Origin: the human T2T-CHM13v2.0 reference genome, Homo sapiens
Assembly (NCBI RefSeq): GCF_009914755.1
Contig: NC_060932.1
Length of the DNA stretch: 64,000 bases
Strand: one strand, 5' to 3'
Positions 48,390 to 64,000 of this stretch are shown in pieces. Below the pieces are notes generated by a model. That model ran no database searches. It saw only the letters and a list, made by a program, of their open reading frames with translations, and had not been told where the DNA came from. The position numbers were made by a program, and so were the translations under genes. Position 1 is the first letter of the stretch; each line of letters opens with the position of its first letter.

Positions 48390-49156
48390 GAAAAAGTTTT
48401 TTACACTCCTGTATTACATCATATACAGTACCTGGAATATGGGGCTGAAGTCTCTGCTTACATCTTTGCTCTCTGGTAGTCTGTTGTCCACACAGCAGCT
48501 ATAATGACAGTTTGACAAGTCACTGATCTGCTTGCTTCTCTAAAGGAAACACACTGAATATCTGTGCATTTTCTCAGATGAGGACTTTGCCTATCATTTC
48601 TTTCTTGCCCCTACTCCTGTGTTTACCCTAGTGTCTGGCATAGTGGATAAGTTGATGTGTGAAATTTGGTTAAATATTTCTAGAAAAGCTACTATCATAA
48701 TGGGAGTTAATATGTAGTATTTATAATGTGTTAGATGCTAAAGACTTCGCATGTATTCACTTGTTTCATCTTCATGGTACCATTATTATCCTCATTTTAC
48801 AAATAAAGAAACTGAGCACAGAGATGTGAAATAATCTGCCTGAGGTCACACAGCTAGTAAGAGACAGAGCAAGGAATGCAGCTCCAGGGCTCATGCTTCT
48901 AAACAGTCTAATGATTAGAGTAGGGATTAAAAAGACAAGTAAATCATAGTTCCTCTATTCAAAGTGTTTATCATTCACCAGGACGGAAACAAACATATTT
49001 TCAATGTAATAGTAAATGCTCATAATAACACTAGCATATATTAAGTGTGTATCTATTCTGAGGTTTGTAATAAGTTTTTTATATGTATTGTTTTATTTCA
49101 TCCTCACAAGAGTCTTCTGACTTTTTAAAATTAGTAAATAAAGATGGTTATGCCCA

Positions 49157-50085
<929 letters not shown>

Positions 50086-50679
50086 TTTTCTCAATTATAC
50101 GGTATACTTACCTTCTGACTGGTGATATTTCCTAGAGATAATCTGGAATTGTACTGACTACTTGGGGAAACTTTGACATTAGAAAGATGTTCATTTGATA
50201 GTTACCATCAAAGAAAAAGGAAAGAAACTGTCATGAAATTGTCTTGTCTATAAAAGAAATTATTTTATTTCAGGTAGAAGATGCCACTTCCATTTTGCTT
50301 CAGGGTTCAATAATCCCTGGCTTCTTAATTATATGGCTTGATAAAATTGTCAGTGACTTACTCTTTTTTGTGTGTATATATGTCAAATGCACCTAAGTTT
50401 TTTTTCTTTTCCTTGCAGATAGGAGATAACTAGCTTAGTATACTGATAATTTAATATTTATCTGAACTTGGCTCCTTTTTACTTACTTTTGCTGTTTCTG
50501 TTCCTCTGCCTTTCTTTTTCTGGGACTTGGGAAATTTTAAAGAATAACAGATCAAAAAATTCATTTTCTTGATATACATGAACACTGGGAATAACTAGCA
50601 TAAACATTCAAATTGTTTAAAAAAAGAAAAATTGTGTGTTTCATTTACTTTACATTTGTGGAGGCTGAGAAGTACCTTA

Positions 50680-52472
<1,793 letters not shown>

Positions 52473-52667
52473 GCCTTATTACTATAATTATGAGATAAAA
52501 TGAAAAGATCTTAGTTGCAAGATAAAATAATAACTTTTGGCATTATTTAAAGAGTCCGTAGAATTTACTTTCATACTATAGAAATAATATCAGCACAATA
52601 TTTAGGTTTATACAAAACTAGGGTTAAATTTCTCATGGTTAAAATATCTGATAAAAACTTTAGGCGG

Positions 52668-52961
<294 letters not shown>

Positions 52962-52968
<7 letters not shown>

Positions 52969-53376
52969 TTCAGCCAAATTAAATTTAAAGGAGTTTAATT
53001 GAGCAATGAACGATTCGTGAATCCAGCAGCCTCCAGAATCACAGCAGATTGACAGAGACCTCAGGGGTGCCTCATGGTCAGAACAAATGTATAGACAAAA
53101 AAGGTAAAGTGACGTACAGGAATCAGAAGTGAGGTACATAAACAGTGATTGGTTACAGCTCAGTGTTTGGCTTATTTGAATGCCGTTTGAACATTCAGCA
53201 GTCTGTGAGTGGTTGAAGTATGGCCGCTGGGATTGGCCAATACTCAGCTGTTGTTACAGGCATACTATTAAGTTAGGTTTTCAATTTTGTCTATTAAGCT
53301 AGGTTACAGTTCATCCACAAGGACTCAAATATAGGAGTATGGAGTCCTTCTCAGGCCATATTATTTTGCTTTAACA
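52962..53376 (-). mobile_element. ERV1 LTR (MER57-like)
   Basis: aaatttaaaggagtttaattgagcaatgaacgattcg...ctcaggccatattattttgctttaaca. Confidence 0.65.
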
Positions 53377-54193
53377 TTTCTGAAATTGGTTTCATGTGTT
53401 AAGTAAATTATCACTGTTTGTATGATAACTTTTTAAAAATATAAAAGCATATTCAAATAAATAGAATGATATATAGCAGGTTAGATTCTGGAAATTAATT
53501 CTTGTAAAACCATTGAGACTATATAGTTCTTGGGAGGTCTTTGTGCACTCCAGTTTGAAGGCTTATGTTTTAAAGCAAGGATAAAGAATTTGGGTTAGTC
53601 GTAAATCTCTTTCAAGAGTTTGGACCTCCTTTTGAACCTAGTAGAGTGTCACTGACAATCTTTGGCATAAGGAGAATGACATGATTAGTGCTGTGCTTTA
53701 GGGAATAAACAGAATGGGTGGATTCATCTACTCATTCAACAAGTGCTGTATTCTGGATAGTGTGGACTAAAAGGTGCAGAAAACAAAGTTTCTACCGTCC
53801 TAGAGCTTACATTCTAATGGGAAAAGACAAACAATTATAGGGCAGAGGAAGCAATCAGATATGCATTTGTGTCAGGTGAACAGGGGGATGACTGAGTCAG
53901 CTAGTGATGGATGCTATTGAAAAGATAAAGCAAGCGCTATTCTAGACAGTATGAATACATACCCTCTGTCCCATGGAGTTTGCATCCTAACGGGGAAAGA
54001 CTAGAAATAAATGAAACAATAGCATGTCAGGAAGTGATAGTAGCAGTACTATAAAAAGTTAAGGAGTGTGTGTGTCAAGGGTAAGGAGTTTTAAGAAGGG
54101 GAGGTTTGGGAAACTAGGAGATGACGTGTTGGGAGATCAGAGCCTTGATCTGAATAAAGTGATGAAATACACCCCGTGAACATCTATCATGGT

Positions 54194-54413
54194 CAAACTT
54201 GTCCAACTCGTGGCCTGCGGGTTGCATGTAACCCAGGACGGCCTTGAATGCAGCCCAATACAAATTCATAAACTTTTTGAAAACATGAGTTTTTTTGCAA
54301 CTTTTTTAAAGCTCATCAGCTATCATTAGTGTTTGTAACTGTATTTTATATGTGGCCCACAACACTTCTCCTTCCAGTGTGCCCCAGGGAATACAAAAGA
54401 TTGGACACCACTG
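54194..54413 (-). mobile_element. MER30 hAT MITE within L2 relics (~53600-54650)
   Basis: Reverse complement of the 39767-39969 element; ends aaagattggacaccactg. Confidence 0.8.
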
Positions 54414-54668
54414 ATCTAGGCAAAAAGGGTTCCAACAAAGGGAACAGCAGTACAAAGTGTAGAGACAGAGTCTGCACGGCATATTTGGGAAAGCAAGACA
54501 GCTAGCCTTGCTGGAGCAGCATGAGAAAGCAGAGGAAAAATAGGAAATGATGTTAGGAAAGGTTGCCAGGTAGAAGGTAATGTAAAGTCCTGAGGGCATG
54601 GAAGATTTTGCATTTGCTGGTGAGGACAGAGATAATACTTTACACTGATTTATGTATTAAAAGGATCA

Positions 54669-55822
<1,154 letters not shown>

Positions 55823-56231
55823 CCTAAGTCAGGGAAGGAGGGTCAACTGATAATGACATCTCATGTGTTTCTAATGAATGCTAGAGTTACAAAATGGGAG
55901 ACAGAAAACAAATTCCTAGGACCCTGTGGAGGGAGCGTAACTTGGAAACTGAATATAAAGGCAGCATGTTTGGGGAGGATGGGAAAATGGAAGACAGCTT
56001 TGAGGCTCTGAAAATTGGTAATTAGAAGGATTGAAGTACCATTGCTTACAATAAAGAAATTACGACAAGTTGGGGAGAGAAAGGGAAAGATGATGAGTTG
56101 TGATTATGTTGAGTATATCTAGATGTCAATATTTTACTGATAAAGATAATAAATTTACTTGTCTCCAAACAGACAAAAGTTGAGGCTATTTTTATGTCTC
56201 AAGGAAACAGCCAGGAGCCATTGTTTAGGAG

Positions 56232-56650
56232 TGTTAAAGCAAAAATACGCAAGAGGCAATTAGCCTGGGGTGGTTGTGTAAGTGGAGCTCTTATGTACGC
56301 ACATAGGAGCTTATCTTGGAAACAGTTCTTGTAACTGACTTATTAAAACCCACCAGCCTCAGGCAATCACAAACAGCCAACAGGATGACTGGTTATACAA
56401 CTAGGGACCTCCCATCAGACCACAGCCATATAGGTAAATGCCTTATTACACCATGACCAAATAAGGCAAACGTAGCTGTAGCCAATTAGGTAATTTCCTT
56501 ACTTTGTTTTTATGTTTAGTCTATTGAAGCTTGCTCTCAGGCCACTGGAGCTGAGCTTTCTGAACACTTCTGGTTCAGAGTGCTGCAGATTTATGAATTG
56601 TTGTTTGCTGAAATAAGGTGTAAAGTTTATTTTGTCTAAAGTTTTTAACA
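56232..56650 (+). mobile_element. ERV1 LTR (MER57-like)
   Basis: tgttaaagc...gctgtagccaatt...ttttgtctaaagtttttaaca; TG..CA ends. Confidence 0.55.
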
Positions 56651-57139
56651 GGAGTGATAATTCAGGCAAAATGTTCACATAATAGTGGGAAATCAAAAGC
56701 TTGCGATACAGAAAAGTGATATATATTTGTAAACTCCTTTAACAAAGGCATCGTAGCATAAGCATGACTGTAGAGCCAGACTGTCAATGTTCAAATTGTT
56801 TCTGGGCCTTAATTTCTTTATCTGAAAATCGTTAACAGTGGAACCTAGTTGATAGGGTTGTTGTGGAGCAAGCGTTCTTAATCTGGAGTCCATGAAATTT
56901 CAGCATCTGTGAACTTTGTATTGAAAAAATCGTAACTTTATGTCTATTAACCTCACAACAGTTTCGTTTCTTTGAATTATAAAGGCAGGCAACAAACCAC
57001 AGTAGTATTATCAGTACCTACAACTTTGTTTCCTATAGAAATTATTTTCATACTCAGTAAGTTGTTGCAGATATCTTGAACAATTATACGTATATATTCC
57101 TTAAGTATTATATATATAATATTTTTATATTCTGTATAT

Positions 57140-57426
57140 ATTTTTGGAGACAGGGTTTTGCTCTGTCTCCCAGGCTGGAGTGCTGTAGCATGATCGGAAC
57201 TCACTGTAACCTCAAACTCCTGGGCTCTAGTGATCCTTCCAGCCTCAGTCTTGGAATAGCTAGGACTACAAGTACTCCCCACCATACCCAGCTGTTAATT
57301 TTTTTTTTTTTCGTAAAGACAAGGTCTCACTATCTTGCCCAGGCTGCTCTCCAACTCTTAGACACAAGCCTCCTGCATAGGTCTCCCAAAGCATTGGGTT
57401 TACAGGTGTGAGCCACCGTGCCTGGC
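57140..57426 (-). mobile_element. AluJ-like
   Basis: Diverged antisense Alu. Confidence 0.85.
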
Positions 57427-57564
57427 TAATACTATGTATTTAATTTCATGCGTTTAGAAATATGTGCTATTTTAAGAAGGCGTCTACAGGTTTTATCACA
57501 TTACCAAAGGTGTTCATGGCACAAGTGAAGAAATCTCTAGATACTAGAGTAATAAAAACCATGA

Positions 57565-57932
<368 letters not shown>

Positions 57933-58662
57933 TCTGCTATGGTTCTTAAAATATTCATAGAATAGAAATTGAAGTAAGTCTATTCGTTTTTATATTAAAA
58001 GTAGCTAGTACGGTGCTCTGTACTTATGCACTCCATGGATGCTGAATGAGTCATTGAATGAAGTGGAGTCTAGGTTGTGCCTCAGGCCTTCCAGTGGGGC
58101 TGGAAGGAACAGTTGTGAAGTTGTGGGGCGGCTTCTGTGCATCGGGGGACTCTGGAGTTAGATGGTTTCCCAGGGCTCTGAAGGAGAAGAGCTGTGTTCC
58201 TAATAATGATCTCAATGGGAATAGAGATTGCTGGGGACCGCAGGGGCCAGGTTGTCATTCCCCAAAGCTTCCCCTTCATCATCCAAGAAGGCATTCAGGT
58301 CTTTCTGTGCTAGGCCCCAGGTAAAGTGCTGGACTACCCAGTAATTGGGTTCAGTAGCAGGATGGCCTCAGATTGAGGTCCCAGGGCCAAAGGACCACTC
58401 CTCTCCTCAGCGCTGGTCCGGGAAAGGCAAGCTCCGGGCGGGAGCGCACGCCGCGCCCCCGAAGCCTGGCTCCCTCGCCACGCCCACTTCCTGCCCCCAT
58501 CCCGCGCCTTTCCAGGTCTTCTCCCGGTGAACCGGATGCTCTGTCAGTCTCCTCCTCTGCGTCCTCGGCCGCGGCCCGGGTCCCTCGCAAAGCTGCTGCC
58601 ATCCCGGAGGGCCCAGCCAGCGGGCTCCCGGAGGCTGGCCGGGCAGGCGTGGTGCGCGGTAG

Positions 58663-59025
<363 letters not shown>

Positions 59026-59257
59026 TAGCAGGGTTCTGACTTGAAAAACGACGGCAAAGCGTGTTCTTGACTGCTTCTGAGCACCTCACACCTTTCAGAC
59101 CCAGGGCGCCTTTATTCCCAGCTGGAAGCCCAGCTTAGAGCAATGGTGCCACTAAAAGGGGTGTGTTGGATGTGAAAATACCCTTTGGAAGTATTTATAA
59201 GCCTGCAGGAAATATGTTTTCCTTATTTTCTTACTCTGCTCCCTTCATTACCCATTT

Positions 59258-59480
59258 CAAGAAGCAACAGAACCTGTGCAGAGTGTGTTTTAAGTTACAC
59301 TGTATGTTTATTTTTGTTTATGTTGAACTCGGTGTATACTTGTGAGAATAAGCTTGCATTTTTTATTTTGTGCAAGTACAACAGAACATATTGAGAGTGT
59401 GTTTTAAGTTATCCTGTATGTTTACTTTACGTTGAACTCAGTGTATACTTGTGAAAATAACCTGCCATTTATTTTATGTG
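59258..59480. repeat. ~115-bp x2 diverged tandem duplication in TUSC3 intron 1
   Basis: caacagaac...gagtgtgttttaagtta...tgtatgttta...gttgaactc.gtgtatacttgtga.aataa repeated at 59258-59372 and 59373-~59480. Confidence 0.9.
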
Positions 59481-60245
59481 GATTTATTTCTGAAGTTCAT
59501 TCAATCTGATTTCAATCTTAATCCACCATTAACTTTGAAAAGGTTGAGATTTGAAGTGACTGGTTGTATTTAAAGTAGGTGGAGTGTTTGTAAGTTCTAA
59601 TTATCCATCATGGATAGTTGATCTAGCTGCTTCAGCAAAAATAGTTATTTCGGGAATGTGACTAGGGTTTCTAATTGTGGACCATTTTGGTGAGAGTTAT
59701 CTGCTTACATAATTGAAGATAGTTTTTCCTGGTTAAGTTGTACACCTACACAGGGCTCAAAATCTGAATTGGGTTTAAGATATTAACAAAATTTTAATAG
59801 CTGGGTAGAGACAGTGAAAAAATACCCTCATATGCAGAGTGATTGTTTCCCTTTCTCTTTATTCTTAGTCTGAAACAAATATTGTGTGTTCAATTTTAAC
59901 TAATGTACCTCTCTTCAGCTTTTAAATTTTAACATGAAAGTAGGTCATATGAAATTATTGGTGAAGTTCTGCTAAGGGATTTAGAGAACCACTGTTAAAC
60001 TGAAATTGTATTTACAAATATAAATTAATGATTTTTTTTAGCACTTGGTATTTGTATACCATATTCCAAGGGTTTTAGATTTAGGAGTTCACGAGAAAGG
60101 TAGAAGAGTGAAGAAAAAGTAGACAGTTTTTTTTGTGGATTACCAAAGCAAAGGGCAATAAAAGATGATGAAGAACTCCATGGAAATTGTGATGTTTTAT
60201 CTCCTAGGACGATCCCTAGGACCACGCCAATTTTCATTTGAAGGG

Positions 60246-60848
60246 TGTGAACCCCAAAGTATTTTAAGACTGACCTTAATCAATTTTTTTTTTTTTGCCA
60301 GTGTTAAGGATGCACTGGTGACACAGCCTCTGGAGGTCCTGATGGCAGGTGCCCAAGGTGGTCAGGGTACAGCTGGCTTTTATACATTTTAGAGAGACAT
60401 AATACATTGATCAATACATGTAAGGTCTACATTGGTTTGATCTGGAAGGGTGGGACAACTCAAAGGGGGAGGGGCATCCAGGTCATAGGTAGATTTAAAA
60501 ATTTTCTGATTGGCAATTGGTTGAAAGAATTGTTATTAATAGAAAGGAATGTGGAGACCATGGTTTTATTAGCCAGATGAAGCCTCCAGGTGGCAGACTT
60601 CAGAGAGAATAGATTGTAAATGTTTCTTATCAGACCTAAGGTCTGTGTTGATGTTAATGCTGGTTGGCTTTTCCAGAATTCCAAGAAGAAGGAGGGTATA
60701 ATGAGCATGTCTGGCTCACTTTTCCCATCGTCGCCTGAAGTGGTTTTTCAGGTTAGCTTTGGGATATGCCCTCGGTGGAGAAGAGGGGCCCTTTCAGATG
60801 GCTGGGGCAGAGGTCGGAGGGTGCTTACATTTTTGTTTTTCGTTTACA
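60246..60848 (-). mobile_element. MER4A-like ERV1 solo LTR in intron 1, antisense to TUSC3
   Basis: tgtgaacccc...gacacagcctctggaggtcctga...gcccaaggtggtcagggtacagct...gtttaca. Confidence 0.75.
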
Positions 60849-61183
60849 AGGAGAAAAAAAAAATCTAAAAAGTGTACATGTTTACAGCATCTGAGTATCT
60901 CCAATAATAAGATGACTTTAATATGTGAAAACATTTGTGGATTTAGTATAATTAAATCTAAATTACAGCAACATGTTTCTATTAAAATTTTTTCTCGAAA
61001 TATATTTTTGAAATGAAAAATTAGGGAGAACATTGTTGAGGATTAAAAAAGTTTTTCTTGCAAATTAGTTTTATTTCTCCTAAGTAGGAGCACTTGATTT
61101 CACTGTATGACAGTATTACAGTGTATGTATATTTTACTGAAGAAAAGAAGAGCAAAATAAGAGCTTAAATAGTTGATGTTTTC

Positions 61184-61221
61184 AAGACTGTACTTTCAGG
61201 GATCATTTCTATAGTTTGTTA
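61184..61221 (+). pseudogene. U3 snoRNA 5'-end fragment (3'-truncated, tailless retrocopy)
   Basis: aagactgtactttcagggatcatttctatagtttgtta matches U3 nt 1-38 (AAGACTATACTTTCAGGGATCATTTCTATAGTGTGTTA) with 2 mismatches. Flanked by a degenerate direct repeat. Confidence 0.85.
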
Positions 61222-63479
61222 AATACTTGGTGTTCTGATACTTTACTCAATAAGCATGCGTATCTCTGAAATACAGGCCATTCCGTATCTGGTACTCACT
61301 AAGTTCACAAACTGTGATCTCTTCCAATATTGGAAGGGAAACACGCTATATTGGAAAGTGTGGTCACCAATGTGGTATTTTCCTAGTGATAGCCCAGGGT
61401 TATTTTGACAGTATGTGGTCTCTTTCTGTCTAGCTGACTTTAAAACCTGATGCCTATGATAAGATTTGGCACAATGGAACCTGGAAGTGTAGCAGTTGAA
61501 AGTTAATTTACTATTAATATAATAAATATTATTGACATATGTACCAGAGTAGTTGATTTAGCATGAACAGTGTTTTTCTTCCTTCTAGAGGGGAAGCCAA
61601 ACTGAAGTCTTAAGTTGAGCCTGCAATCAGGAAAGGACATTAGTTGATTTAAAGGAAGTAATATTTAGTAGTTATGACAGTAATACCACCATGGATGGAT
61701 TTTTAAGTCAGACAGATAGATGGTCAAGTTACAATTCAGCCTCTAATTTTATGACATCAGGCAAACGACAAACTCTCTGCATTTTAGTTTGCTTGCTTTA
61801 AAATATAAATATAATACCCATATCTCAGGTATTATGTATACATGTATGTAACATGTAAAATATATAACTATATGTATATAAAGACTGTATATAAAATGCT
61901 TAGTGCAATGCGTAGGATATAATAAATGGTCACTAAGTGGTAGCTGTTACTGTGTATTCCTCATTTAAATGAAAGCATTAGTGTAATGAGATCCTGAAAT
62001 GCGGTAAGATTTTTTTGAATTGTTTTTTTTTTTTTGCTAAAGAAACTAACTTTATAATAATAAATTATATGGTCTGTGGAATAGTCTATTGCTTATCATG
62101 AAACACCGAGAATTCCAAATTCTCTTACGTTGTTTGAAAATTTCCCAGGAAGAGATTTGGTATCATAGAAGACTTGGTGATATCCCATGGATTTGTGTGT
62201 GTGTGTGTGTGTGTGTATGTATTATGTATATGTTTGTACACATACACATATGCTTCTTCGTGAAGACATTTTCATTCATTAAAAACAATGTTTTGTTATA
62301 TTCCCTGTTGGAGAATGTGGTTGAGAGAGTTAAGTGAATAGGCAAAGAAGATTGGAAATTTGTATAGTCACTTTTCTTAATTACATTGAATATAGTCATT
62401 AAAAACTGATTTTTGAATCCTCACTGATGTTAAGTGATGTGAGTTTCTGGGAGACTTTGGCTTTTTAGTAGTGTATCATTTGCCTATCTAGTGCATCTTG
62501 TGTTTCTTTTATTTTGACAGTTTCTCTCTTTCTAACTTCATTAACACTTATCAGTTAATCAGCTTCATTTAGAATTGTTTTAATTTATAATGACCTCTTC
62601 TGATAATGTGAAAAGAGCTCCAATTCTGTAATTATTTCCAGTACACTTATTGACTTTGCCATCATCAAAAGCAGCTGTTATAATAATTAATTTATCTTAT
62701 CTGCAATGAATATGAGTAGCTAATAGGCCATGATATGTAGGTAATAATGAATATGCAATATGAAAAATTGAAGAGCTCGTGTTTTCTAAGCGATCAATTG
62801 TTTGACTAAATAAAACATATTTCAGTTGCCTTTGACATAACTTCTATATGTCATTAATGTTTTTAAGTACATTTTATATTGGGATGTATAATATCCAGTT
62901 AGTTTTCGTGGCACAGCTGTGAAACAGAGACTTTACTATCTTAGCAAATGATAAAAGGGGAGAGGAGGGAGGTAAGCAATGGATGTTACCTTTAAGCAGA
63001 GAACTTAAGTGGAAGAAAAAGTTTGCAGTGATAACACAGGAAATCATGGTAGTTATGCATTGATATGTACGCATATATGCACAGAATATATAGGTGCAGG
63101 CAATGTGATTTCACTTAGGTTAGATTGTATGTATGACCACCCCTTGAAGCGTGATTGGAAATAGCCAAAGCTGCTTGTCAGGAATGCCATAGTGTCATGG
63201 ATGATGGCAGAAGACATGGGATTCTTGTGTCACAGATGAAGGATAGTTTATTATAGCAATAGAATGGTCTTTATGTACATATGGTTCTATATTTTACATG
63301 TTACATACGTATTATGTGTTACACACATGTATACATAATACCTAAGATGTAGGTGTTATATTTTAAAACAAGGAAACTAAAATTCAGAGAGTTTGTCATA
63401 TGCCTGATGTCGTACAGTTAGAGGCTGAGTTATAACTGGACCATCTATCTTGGTGGTCAGTATTACTGTCATAACTATT

Positions 63480-63990
63480 AAATATTTCTTCCTTGAAAGC
63501 AACTAATGTCCACAGCAATAGATAGTTTATTACCCAGCATTTGTACTGGTTCCTTGAGCTTCAGTTCACATTGAGCAACATGAGGGGGTCTAGGTGATGC
63601 CCACTCATGTAGTGAATTACACTGCAGGAGAGGAACCTTGCATTTAAGAAACCAAGGTCTTTAAAAATGGGCAGTACACTTCTTTGACCTCTTCTCTAAA
63701 GGGAGACGTTATCTTTATTAAACTCAAAAGTAAACACTCATTTTTCTGGAGGGGGACTCTGTCTTCTTTGGCTATGTGCTATATGCAAATATCCTTGAAA
63801 AGATGGTCCAGAACAAGTCAGTCAGTCCCTGCATTAGCAAGTTGTGTTAGAAACCCATGAGGAATTGTCTGTCCACGTAAGAGATAGGAGCTTGGTCAAA
63901 AGAGAACATTTTCAGGGTATTTTTCTCCACATGCACCACCAGCATGTTTAGTCCCATATATGTGCCCTCTTCCACACATAGGGCACAGAG
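63480..63990. mobile_element. Old ERVL-type LTR relic (related to the relic at ~15525-15780)
   Basis: Shared words tcttta.aatg.gcagta and ct.aagg(g)agac between the two regions; subfamily not assigned. Confidence 0.35.
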
Positions 63991-64000
63991 AAGGGGAAAG

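Noticed and set aside
61322-61335. 14-bp perfect palindrome ttccaatattggaa
   Set aside because: Palindromes of this length are expected by chance in 64 kb of AT-rich DNA.

Overview
Primate, almost certainly human, genomic DNA (a human-lineage AluYb element is present at 48.1 kb). About 58 kb of AT-rich, repeat-dense sequence precedes a CpG island holding the promoter and first coding exon of TUSC3 (N33, an oligosaccharyltransferase OST3/OST6-family subunit; + strand, ATG 58714, donor after 58851). About 5 kb of intron 1 follows. No other protein-coding gene is supported: the ORF track is nearly all Alu-, LTR-, L1- or microsatellite-derived. Repeats include ~30 Alus, nested ERV1/ERVL/MaLR solo LTRs, Tigger/hAT/mariner DNA transposon relics, and L1/L2/MIR. 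There are also two small-RNA retrocopies (BC200 and a 5' U3 fragment). I do not see a new gene system. The most unusual structure is (i) a single TSD-bounded chimeric insertion (full Alu + ~260 bp non-Alu sequence + Alu 3' end + poly-A) and (ii) five short 30-70 bp 'copy-paste' duplicates whose partners lie 0.9-3.1 kb away, one inverted and flanked by a 10-bp direct repeat, which look like templated-insertion repair scars. The TUSC3 5' end also has notable regulatory architecture: an overlapping uORF, a weak donor followed by a G4, and tandem RFX-type boxes. Repeat subfamily names are from memory of consensus sequences, and boundaries are approximate unless TSDs are quoted.
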